This document shows, in pieces, positions 8,366 through 14,850 of a stretch of 22,856 bases of DNA. Source of the DNA: a virus; the IMG/VR virus record IMGVR_UViG_3300031991_000033. The stretch is one strand, 5' to 3'. The position numbers and the translations under genes are program-made. How positions within the stretch are numbered: position 1 is the stretch's first letter; every line of letters begins with the position of its first letter. The notes beneath the pieces are model-generated. The model was not told the origin of the DNA. It searched no databases and saw nothing but the letters and a program-made list of their open reading frames with translations.

Positions 8366-8427
8366 ACACAGCAAGTAGGGTTGATTAAAAGCCCGGCTGT
8401 CCAGAACAGGACAGCCGGGCTTTTTTT
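8301..8427 (+). promoter_or_regulatory. Ribosome-coupled transcription attenuator (protector, antiterminator, terminator)
   Basis: 8301-8311 pairs with 8358-8368; 8313-8319 pairs with 8348-8354; 8354-8362 gttctggac pairs with 8399-8407 gtccagaac; terminator at 8391-8427. Confidence 0.75.
8387..8427 (+). terminator. Rho-independent terminator
   Basis: 12-bp perfect stem gcccggctgtcc/ggacagccgggc, 6-nt loop, T7 tail. Confidence 0.92.
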
Positions 8428-8473
8428 GGTCCTCACGCATGGTTACAACAATTGTAATCAGGACGAGGAAAAT

Positions 8474-8734
8474 ATGTCCAAAGCGACTGAAGCGTTGGAA
8501 GATTTGATGTTCGGCATCTTCGTGTCGAGCAGACGAGAGAGTGATTTTGGACCCGGACAGAGAGTGTTGAAAGCGAGACCGGAGATAAGGGAAAAGTTGG
8601 CTCAGCTAAAATCAGAAGAATTGCTGAACCTTCGACCCGACCTTTGTGTCTTTGAAAGTGAAGAGACGAGACAGAAAAGAGAGTTCAGCGAGCTTCTTCA
8701 AAAATTTGATAAAGAAATGCTGAACCTTGGTTGA
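8474..8734 (+). CDS. Hypothetical protein (86 aa), first gene after the attenuator
   Basis: GAGG RBS before ATG 8474. Confidence 0.7.
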   Translation: MSKATEALEDLMFGIFVSSRRESDFGPGQRVLKARPEIREKLAQLKSEELLNLRPDLCVFESEETRQKREFSELLQKFDKEMLNLG

Positions 8735-8758
8735 CAAAAAATGTCTAAGTCGTAAAAT
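8731..8758 (+). promoter_or_regulatory. Promoter TTGACA-N16-TAAAAT upstream of the first tRNA
   Basis: Near-consensus elements; same architecture as 7938-7965. Confidence 0.7.
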
Positions 8759-8779
8759 CGACGAGACGAAAAACAAAAT

Positions 8780-8860
8780 GGCTCTGTGGTGGAATAGCAG
8801 ACACGCTGGTCTTAGAAACCAGTGCCGTAAGGCGTGCAGGTTCGAGTCCTGTCAGAGCTA
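8780..8860 (+). tRNA. tRNA-Leu(TAG), long variable arm
   Basis: Cloverleaf; CTGGT-CT TAG AA-ACCAG; TTCGAGT T-loop. Confidence 0.92.
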
Positions 8861-8861
8861 C

Positions 8862-8962
8862 TTGGAAGTAAAAACCGGTGTACAACGGTAGGTGACATGT
8901 AGGAGATAATGCTTTCTCCGAGGGTTTCAATTCCGTGAGAGTGATTAGGCTCTTACTTCCAA
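8862..8962 (+). ncRNA. Structured RNA candidate between tRNAs
   Basis: Closing stem ttggaagtaa/ttacttccaa with several internal hairpins. Confidence 0.4.
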
Positions 8963-8967
8963 AACAT

Positions 8968-9049
8968 GGGTAGGTATGCAAGTGGTTAAAGCAGCCTGAC
9001 TGTAAATCAGGTGCCTTCGGCTTCGTGGGTTCGACTCCCACCCTGCCCA
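8968..9049 (+). tRNA. tRNA-Tyr(GTA)
   Basis: Cloverleaf; CCTGA-CT GTA AA-TCAGG; long variable arm. Confidence 0.92.
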
Positions 9050-9050
9050 C

Positions 9051-9153
9051 TGACAAGAGAAGCATCAGAGCCGTAAGGCGATGGTGGAGGTACTTGGTGC
9101 CGAGAGGCATCTTAAACAAAGATCATAGTCTGAGTCGTACTTCGATCTTGTCA
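9051..9153 (+). ncRNA. Structured RNA candidate with two GNRA hairpins
   Basis: tgacaaga/tcttgtca closing stem; gcc-GTAA-ggc; ggtgcc-GAGA-ggcatc. Confidence 0.5.
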
Positions 9154-9157
9154 TTAT

Positions 9158-9230
9158 GGAACTTTGGGATAGTTGGTACGTCCGGTGGGCTGAAAACTCG
9201 CAGGGGTCAGTTCGATTCTGACAGGTTCCA
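9158..9230 (+). tRNA. tRNA-Phe(GAA), divergent
   Basis: GGAACTT/AGGTTCC acceptor; GTGGG-CT GAA AA-CTCGC. Confidence 0.85.
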
Positions 9231-9281
9231 CTCATCATCAAACCTTAGAGAAAGCGGTTAGTCTTTACTCGAAAGGAGAGA

Positions 9282-9527
9282 ATGATGAAAGCGATTGTGT
9301 TAATGGGTTGTGATTACGACTACGAGTTTGTCGAAGCCGTGTTCCTTGTAGAGGATGATGTTCAGGAATCGGAATTGCGAAAGCAATGGCATGAAGAGTG
9401 CTCGATTCCATATAAGGGCAAAAACCAATACGGGGAGTGGACTTCGACCAAGTACGCCAAACACAGCAAGCAATTCCATGAATGGCTGGCTGAAAAGTTT
9501 GACAAAGTAGAAGTGATCTCGATCTAA
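9282..9527 (+). CDS. Hypothetical protein
   Basis: AAGGAG RBS; 81 aa; followed by a UUCG hairpin (9535-9550). Confidence 0.7.
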   Translation: MMKAIVLMGCDYDYEFVEAVFLVEDDVQESELRKQWHEECSIPYKGKNQYGEWTSTKYAKHSKQFHEWLAEKFDKVEVISI

Positions 9528-9555
9528 CGACCACGGGAGCTTCGGCTCCCAAAAT

Positions 9556-9640
9556 GGGGGCTGATCCACACGTCTGGCTGTAAACCAGATGGCATTGTTA
9601 TGTGTGGTGGTGCCGATGGGTTCGATTCCTACATCCCCCA
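9556..9640 (+). ncRNA. Aberrant D-armless tRNA-like RNA with GTA (Tyr) anticodon loop
   Basis: TCTGG-CT GTA AA-CCAGA arm; TTCGATT T-loop on a 4-bp stem; GGGGG/CCCCC acceptor; no D stem. Confidence 0.7.
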
Positions 9641-9656
9641 CTTACAAAGGATTGTT

Positions 9657-9869
9657 ATGTACCACGTTGAAAGAAATGCAAACAACAATCTCGGTTGGCA
9701 CAAGTTGATGTTCACCGAGTCACGAACCAGAGCTTATTGCGACGGTTATGTTGACGCATTCGATTCAATGTATCCAAGCGATCCAATGAGGATTGTAAAA
9801 GTTGAGAAAGATGGTACAACGAAAGTTGTACGAGAAACGAAAGGACGTGGTAAAGTCCACGTAAACTAA
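9657..9869 (+). CDS. Hypothetical protein
   Basis: AAGGA RBS before ATG 9657. Confidence 0.7.
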   Translation: MYHVERNANNNLGWHKLMFTESRTRAYCDGYVDAFDSMYPSDPMRIVKVEKDGTTKVVRETKGRGKVHVN

Positions 9870-9871
9870 AA

Positions 9872-9952
9872 CGCCTCGTGGTGGAATGGCAGACACGCCA
9901 GACTCAAAATCTGGTGCCGAAAGGCGTGTGGGTTCGAGTCCCACCGAGGCGA
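9872..9952 (+). tRNA. tRNA-Leu(CAA), long variable arm
   Basis: CCAGA-CT CAA AA-TCTGG; acceptor CGCCTCG/CGAGGCG. Confidence 0.92.
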
Positions 9953-9956
9953 CTGT

Positions 9957-10448
9957 ATGAAGTACCGACTCAAGATATTGAACATTGCATTGGTTCTAGT
10001 CTTAGTTTGTGCGTTCATATTGAAGATTGATTTCGGGCAACCGAAAAAAGTAACCGAACCTTCGGAAGATTCCGTTGTCCTTCAGTTACTCGAAGAGACA
10101 AACCAGTTCCGTAAGAAAAACCATCTTACAGAATTGACTCTCAACAAAAAGTTACTGCAAGCAGCCATGAAACACTCAGAGTGGATGGCGGCGAACGGTA
10201 AACTAGATCATACCGGCAAGAACAGAACAAGTCCTGCCGATAGGATCGATGCCGAAGGGTATAGTTGGTCAGCCTGTGCGGAGAATATCGCATGGAATTA
10301 CGAAACGCCTGAAACAGTAGTGCAAGGGTGGATTGGTTCCAGAGGGCATAGACAGAACATGCTCGGCAAATACACTGAAACCGGGTTTGGCTATGCAAAA
10401 TCGTCGTCTGGGGAATTGTATTGGACGGCGGTTTATGCAAAACCTTGA
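9957..10448 (+). CDS. CAP/SCP-domain protein with N-terminal signal or anchor
   Basis: NQFR, AAMKHSEWMA, LDH, AENIA, GWIGSRGHRQNML and YWTAVY. Confidence 0.9.
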   Translation: MKYRLKILNIALVLVLVCAFILKIDFGQPKKVTEPSEDSVVLQLLEETNQFRKKNHLTELTLNKKLLQAAMKHSEWMAANGKLDHTGKNRTSPADRIDAEGYSWSACAENIAWNYETPETVVQGWIGSRGHRQNMLGKYTETGFGYAKSSSGELYWTAVYAKP

Positions 10449-10458
10449 AGAGAACTGA

Positions 10459-10839
10459 ATGTTTGATCTTTCATATAGAAAAGTTTATAACAAAGGTCGT
10501 CGTGGTGAACGAGGACCAAAACAGAGGTACGCTGTTTTTCGTGCCGAACTGAACTTGAAGCGAGAAGAGGATTACGAATCGTGGTGCGAGAACTATTGTA
10601 ATCTAAAAGGTCTTAACCTTGAAGATTATAAGATCGAACACGATAAACTCCCGTGGACAATGACATGGGAATACATTAGAATCCGCAACAGAGTTTGGCC
10701 TTATAGTTTTCCACCTTACGTCATGCGTAGGTATAACGAAGAAGAGTTGGGAGCTTTGAGACGAAACATTGAACTCGCCGAAAGGATCAGGGATGAACGA
10801 AGCAGCCGTATTGACGAACGAATGGATCAAATCGTGTGA
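10459..10839 (+). CDS. Hypothetical protein
   Basis: Co-directional ORF that tiles with its neighbours. Confidence 0.65.
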   Translation: MFDLSYRKVYNKGRRGERGPKQRYAVFRAELNLKREEDYESWCENYCNLKGLNLEDYKIEHDKLPWTMTWEYIRIRNRVWPYSFPPYVMRRYNEEELGALRRNIELAERIRDERSSRIDERMDQIV

Positions 10840-11119
10840 GTATCAGAACGGACCAAATCCTGATGGCACTTACAGTTTATGGTTGTGGAACGGAGACAAA
10901 GACCTGAAGGTTGGTGATTGGTATGGTGGAGCAAAAGTTGTTCGTATCATTCATCAATTCCAAGCTTTAGGAGAAGTACAAGTTTTGGATCGAGGTTACA
11001 AGGGGTACGTTACCTTTAACCGAGAGCCGGGGCTTATGTTGAAAGAGAATGAGCCAGACTTTGTAGAATGGCTTGAGAAGAATGCCCATGTGGTGAAATT
11101 GGCAGACACGCCAGCTTGA
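10793..11119 (+). CDS. Hypothetical protein; 3' end overlaps tRNA-Leu(GAG)
   Basis: AAGGA before ATG 10793; the stop lies in the anticodon loop. Confidence 0.6.
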   Translation: MNEAAVLTNEWIKSCEYQNGPNPDGTYSLWLWNGDKDLKVGDWYGGAKVVRIIHQFQALGEVQVLDRGYKGYVTFNREPGLMLKENEPDFVEWLEKNAHVVKLADTPA

Positions 11120-11167
11120 GGGGCTGGTGCCAGCAATGGCGTGGAGGTTCAAGTCCTCTCGTGGGCA
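11084..11167 (+). tRNA. tRNA-Leu(GAG), long variable arm
   Basis: CCAGC-TT GAG GG-GCTGG. Confidence 0.92.
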
Positions 11168-11171
11168 CTAT

Positions 11172-11254
11172 GGAAGCGATCCGGCTGGATGAGGAACCTA
11201 CCTCGAAAGTAGGCGGGTGTAAAAGCCTTGGGGGTTCAAGTCCCTCCGCTTCCG
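11172..11254 (+). tRNA. tRNA-Ser(CGA)
   Basis: CCTAC-CT CGA AA-GTAGG; long variable arm; G73. Confidence 0.88.
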
Positions 11255-11257
11255 CTT

Positions 11258-11341
11258 GGAGGATAAGCGACTGGTAAGCAGGCTCTTTGCTAAAGAGTTG
11301 GTCTGAAACATGGCTTGCGGGTTCGAATCCCGTGTCCTCCG
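11258..11341 (+). tRNA. tRNA-Ser(GCT)
   Basis: GCTCT-TT GCT AA-AGAGT; G73. Confidence 0.88.
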
Positions 11342-11349
11342 CTTGATTT

Positions 11350-11433
11350 GGAAGGTAAGCGACTGGTAAGCAGGCTGCTTGGAAAGCAGTTGCCCTGAAA
11401 TACGGGTTGCGGGTTCGAATCCCGTGCCTTCCG
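11350..11433 (+). tRNA. tRNA-Ser(GGA)
   Basis: GCTGC-TT GGA AA-GCAGT; G73. Confidence 0.88.
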
Positions 11434-11437
11434 CTTG

Positions 11438-11758
11438 ATGAAGAAATACAATTTTGGGAACTTTTACCTAGGAACATTTGCTGATTTCAAAACTTGCACG
11501 AGACCAAGAGAACCACCAGATTTTTGGTCATATAGTGGATCAACCTATTGGGATTTAGGCGATAGGGTGATCAGGTGGAGTGATCATTGGGGATCAAACA
11601 TAAGCACTTGTGCTTGGTATCTTGATGGTTGTAAACTCAGTCTCGATTACTGTCTTGCAGGCGAATGTTTGTATGAAGAGTTTGAACTGGTCGAAAAAGA
11701 GAAAGACTGGTTATGGAAAGACTATTGGGGTTGCGACCATTCCGGTATGGGAACTTAA
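11438..11758 (+). CDS. Hypothetical Trp/Tyr-rich protein
   Basis: ORF fills the gap between RNAs; contains RWSDHWG. Confidence 0.7.
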   Translation: MKKYNFGNFYLGTFADFKTCTRPREPPDFWSYSGSTYWDLGDRVIRWSDHWGSNISTCAWYLDGCKLSLDYCLAGECLYEEFELVEKEKDWLWKDYWGCDHSGMGT

Positions 11759-11771
11759 TCGGTAATCAATC

Positions 11772-11849
11772 CGAGTCGGATGGCAGGAAAGGCACACATC
11801 ATGTCCTGAACGGAGATGTTGTGTGGGGGTTCGAGTCCCCTCGACTCCA
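11772..11849 (+). ncRNA. Aberrant tRNA-like RNA (acceptor and T arm, no D stem, extended arm with CTGAACG loop)
   Basis: GAGTCG/CGACTC; GGGGG-TTCGAGT-CCCCT; cacacatc/gatgttgtg stem. Confidence 0.65.
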
Positions 11850-11857
11850 CTAAATTT

Positions 11858-11944
11858 GGAAGGTAGGCAACTATCGGTTCGTTGCGTCTGTCCGCTAAAC
11901 AGATGACCCTTCGGGGTCTGCGGGTTCAACTCCCGTGCCTTCCG
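11858..11944 (+). tRNA. tRNA-Ser(GCT), atypical (C33, 5-bp D stem)
   Basis: TCTGT-CC GCT AA-ACAGA; GACCC-TTCG-GGGTC variable arm. Confidence 0.82.
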
Positions 11945-11987
11945 CTTCTCACGGTCTTTGGGATATCTATGTTCCAAAGGGGTGAGA

Positions 11988-12032
11988 CACCGCAAACCGG
12001 GTCAGGTCAGAAATGAAGCAGCCCTAGCGGTG
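11988..12032 (+). ncRNA. ffs: Minimal SRP (4.5S) RNA, helix 8/domain IV
   Basis: GGTCAGGTCA-GAAA-TGAAGCAGCC matches the E. coli motif GGUCAGGUCC-GGAA-GGAAGCAGCC with a compensatory pair; closed by caccgc/gcggtg. Confidence 0.8.
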
Positions 12033-12035
12033 AAT

Positions 12036-12108
12036 GGACAGTGAGCTAGTGTGGTCATAGCGTCGGACTGAAAATCCGAAGAAGTCGGTTCGATCCCGGC
12101 ACTGTCCA
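12036..12108 (+). tRNA. tRNA-Phe(GAA)
   Basis: TCGGA-CT GAA AA-TCCGA; GGACAGT/ACTGTCC acceptor. Confidence 0.9.
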
Positions 12109-12130
12109 CTACAACGTCAAGGAGAAAGAC

Positions 12131-12586
12131 ATGTTGCAAGCAATGAAGGCACAGATGGTTTTGGCAATGAAAGCCAAGAACGTCACCGAAAGAGACATTT
12201 TACGACTTGTGATTGGCGAGGTACAAAGTGCCGAAGCTAAACAAAACAAGTCGTTTACAGACGAACAAATTGAATCTGTAATTCGCAAGCAAATCAAAAG
12301 CAATGACGAAGCATTGACTTTCGTGCAAGCTGGCGATGAAAGACACACAAAGTTGCTGGATGAGAACGTGATTCTCAACAAGTTGCTTCCAGCGACTTTG
12401 AGTCAAGAAGAAATTGAAGCATTCTTCTTGAACTCAGACGGACCAGAATTCGAACAAATTCGTGATGCGAAGAATGATGGTCAAGCAACGGGTATCGCAA
12501 TGAAGGCTTTGAAAGCCGCTGACCAAAAGGTTCTCGGCGACGATGTAAAAGCAATTATTGCAAAGATTCGAAGCGAGATCGCCTAA
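12131..12586 (+). CDS. GatB/YqeY-domain protein
   Basis: AMKAK...LRLVIGEVQ...DEQIESVIRKQIK...LLPATLSQEEI. Confidence 0.85.
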   Translation: MLQAMKAQMVLAMKAKNVTERDILRLVIGEVQSAEAKQNKSFTDEQIESVIRKQIKSNDEALTFVQAGDERHTKLLDENVILNKLLPATLSQEEIEAFFLNSDGPEFEQIRDAKNDGQATGIAMKALKAADQKVLGDDVKAIIAKIRSEIA

Positions 12587-12635
12587 TGAACTTTTACGAA
12601 TTTGTCATTACACCAAGTTAAAAACCATTGAATAA

Positions 12636-12704
12636 GGTGCGGTAGCTCAGTTGGTAGAGCACTGGACTGAAAATCCGGGTGTCGGCGGTTCGAGTCCGCC
12701 CCGT
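12636..12704 (+). tRNA. tRNA-Phe(GAA), 3' end displaced by inversion
   Basis: Canonical D, anticodon and T arms. The missing ACCA is on the minus strand at 13120-13123. Confidence 0.85.
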
Positions 12705-12772
12705 CGATGGGACTCGAACCCATAGCATCAGATATTCTGAGTATCTGTGGTCTACCAATTGCCTACGACGCC
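12702..12772 (-). tRNA. Short-variable-loop tRNA-Leu(CAG), 3' end displaced by inversion
   Basis: GGCGTCGTAGGCAATTGGTAGACCA-CAGATA-CT CAG AA-TATCTG-ATGCT-T arm. The missing last acceptor bases and discriminator (CCA) are at 13127-13129. Confidence 0.8.
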
Positions 12773-13051
12773 ATTCATCTTCAGTAAGTCGTGAATGTTA
12801 CCAAAACGAGGACGATGGTTACAGTCTTTGTAAACCAAAATGTACTCGCCCGATTCCAACTCACGACGACCGCTTAGCCAATAAGCTGTGAATCTATGAT
12901 GCCCATCTTCCACTTGTACCGTTCCATCCTCGAATTCAGCGAGGGTGATTGGCGGCAATGGTTGAGACGCACCGATAGCTTCAAGCATACCGGGAATCTG
13001 CGAAGACCTTTTCAGGCTTCTTTGCGTGATGTGTATTGCTTCGATATTCAT
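12752..13051 (-). CDS. ParB/sulfiredoxin-like domain protein
   Basis: LPPITL...VEDGHHRFTAY motif; start uncertain. Confidence 0.75.
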   Translation of the reverse strand: MNIEAIHITQRSLKRSSQIPGMLEAIGASQPLPPITLAEFEDGTVQVEDGHHRFTAYWLSGRRELESGEYILVYKDCNHRPRFGNIHDLLKMNGVVGNW

Positions 13052-13131
13052 GATCCAGAACGAATTGTTCTGGCGGTGGAATACCGAATGTCACGCAAAT
13101 CATCATGTCAGTCTCCTAGTGGTACGCCACT

Positions 13132-13353
13132 ATGAGATTGAAAAAACAGAACTGGTTCTTTTGTGAACTTTGCGACACAATGTCCTACCAATTTGAATGC
13201 TGTGGAAACACAGCTTGCAACGGTGGGGGTTGTGATAAATGCAAAAAACTCTGGAAACAGGTTTGGCGTCTCATTGAAAATGGAAGGGCACCGAAGAAGA
13301 GCGAAGTTCGATTCATGCCCAAACCAGACTTTGGAAGCAATCCGGCTGGATGA
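13132..13353 (+). CDS. Small Cys-rich protein
   Basis: CELC, CCGNTAC and CDKC; overlaps the tRNA-Ser(TGA) 5' end. Confidence 0.65.
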   Translation: MRLKKQNWFFCELCDTMSYQFECCGNTACNGGGCDKCKKLWKQVWRLIENGRAPKKSEVRFMPKPDFGSNPAG

Positions 13354-13415
13354 GGACGCTACCTTGAAAGTAGTCGGGTGTAAAAGCCTTGGGGGTTCGA
13401 GTCCCTCTGCTTCCG
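13333..13415 (+). tRNA. tRNA-Ser(TGA)
   Basis: GCTAC-CT TGA AA-GTAGT; paralog of 11172-11254. Confidence 0.88.
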
Positions 13416-13429
13416 CTTAGGAATAGATC

Positions 13430-14074
13430 ATGAAAATCACAGCACTATCCGACCTGCACGGCTATCTGCCACCAATCGAAAACCCAACTGACTTGGTTTT
13501 GATTGCCGGTGATATCTGTGCTCACGGAAAACCCAGATACCAACTCAATTGGCTACGAGATCATTTCAAGCCTTGGCTTGAGAAGATTGATGCACCAGTG
13601 GTTGGTGTTGCCGGAAACCACGACTGGCCATTTTTTGGACAAGAGTATCCTTCCTTGAAGGAAGAAATCCAAAAGTTGGATTTGCTGTGGACTTACTTGG
13701 AAGACAGCGGAACCGAGATCAATGGGACCAAGATTTGGGGAACTCCTTGGCAACGAGAGTTCTACGATTGGGCTTTCAATCTCAAGGCACACGAACTTCC
13801 GGCAAAGTGGGCGTTGATCCCTGATGACACTGACATTTTGGTTTGTCATGGACCACCGTTCGGATTTGGCGACTTTGTAACTCGTGACAACGAGAACGTT
13901 GGATGTCCAGCGTTGCTCAGAAGGATCGAAGACATCAAGCCAAAACTGGTTGTTTTTGGTCACATTCATTGTGGTCACGGACACTGGAAGTATGACGGAG
14001 TTCAACTAGCAAACGTAACAGTGGTGAATGAGCAGTACCAACTGGTCTATCCGCCGTTCGAATACGAAATCTAG
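13430..14074 (+). CDS. Calcineurin-like metallophosphoesterase
   Basis: SDLHG, AGD, GNHD, HGPP and FGHIH. Confidence 0.9.
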   Translation: MKITALSDLHGYLPPIENPTDLVLIAGDICAHGKPRYQLNWLRDHFKPWLEKIDAPVVGVAGNHDWPFFGQEYPSLKEEIQKLDLLWTYLEDSGTEINGTKIWGTPWQREFYDWAFNLKAHELPAKWALIPDDTDILVCHGPPFGFGDFVTRDNENVGCPALLRRIEDIKPKLVVFGHIHCGHGHWKYDGVQLANVTVVNEQYQLVYPPFEYEI

Positions 14075-14082
14075 GAGATTCA

Positions 14083-14850
14083 ATGCGAAAAGACATGAAG
14101 AAAGTAATCATCTCCCGCCCTCGTGCGGGTGGTATTGACCGCTGTCTTCGCAAGAAGATCAACGTTCAAGACTTGGATGAAAACAACGACATTGACGACG
14201 GGTATCCCACTCGCATCAGTGTCAAGAAAGACGCTGTAGGACCGAACGGTGACCGCAAGAGCCAAACCGACTTGCTCGGACCTCTGCAACGTTACCTCCG
14301 CAAACAGGTCGGGCGTCCTTGGAATGATGTGTGGTCGGAAATCTGTGAACACAGCAAAGACTTCATGGGCGACCATCTCAAAACCCACATCGAATGGGAA
14401 GTCGAGGTCAACTGTCGCTTCGATGAAGACGAACTCGTAGGACCGAACGGCTATCCGGTTGGACGCTGGCGTCGGAATGGACAACTGTACGTTCATCCCG
14501 AAACCGGCATCCTCCTCAAAGCCGAAGCTCGTGACAAGTACCGACACAAGAAGCCTGAATACAAGATCGTCGAAATGGACGGTCAAGAATACTACCAGCA
14601 TGAAGGCATCTGGTATCGTGTGAAGACCGAACCCTACGAACCCAAGGATGCTTGGGAACGTCATTACGGATCGTTCAGCAGCGATGTCTTTAGTAACGGT
14701 GGTGGCAGCTTCAACGGTCTCGGATACTATCGTAGCAAGTCTTTGTCGGAAGCTTATGGGAAGTCCATTCGCTGTGTCTGGAAACAGCAAGCCAACAGCA
14801 AAGAATGCAAACGACTCAACGGTGTGATCGAAAGGAAGGAAGCCGCTTGA
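14083..14850 (+). CDS. Hypothetical basic protein (255 aa)
   Basis: AGGAG RBS; long ORF. Confidence 0.8.
   Translation: MRKDMKKVIISRPRAGGIDRCLRKKINVQDLDENNDIDDGYPTRISVKKDAVGPNGDRKSQTDLLGPLQRYLRKQVGRPWNDVWSEICEHSKDFMGDHLKTHIEWEVEVNCRFDEDELVGPNGYPVGRWRRNGQLYVHPETGILLKAEARDKYRHKKPEYKIVEMDGQEYYQHEGIWYRVKTEPYEPKDAWERHYGSFSSDVFSNGGGSFNGLGYYRSKSLSEAYGKSIRCVWKQQANSKECKRLNGVIERKEAA

Larger units (their letters stand above)
12702..13126. other. 425-bp inverted segment bounded by CGT/ACG
   Basis: Reverse-complementing the segment restores both tRNA acceptor stems and their CT trailers. Confidence 0.9.

Noticed and set aside
8864-8961. tRNA-Sec (GGAAG start, 8-bp stem)
   Set aside because: No properly placed TCA anticodon arm or T arm.
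9051-9153. SAM-I riboswitch, hammerhead or HDV-like (theta) ribozyme
   Set aside because: Lacks the GCAAC core, the CUGANGA/GAAA core and the nested HDV pseudoknot order.
9556-9566. tmRNA 5' end (GGGGCTGAT)
   Set aside because: The element closes within 85 nt, with no tag ORF and no G3-U70.
8745-11995. ORFs 8745-9119, 9025-9261, 9300-9641, 11034-11477 and 11711-11995
   Set aside because: Spurious translations across tRNA genes.
12981-13106. 41-aa ORF (MMICVTFG...) with AGGAG RBS overlapping the ParB-like start
   Set aside because: Cannot tell a real small gene from a frameshifted ParB N-terminus, so it is not called.
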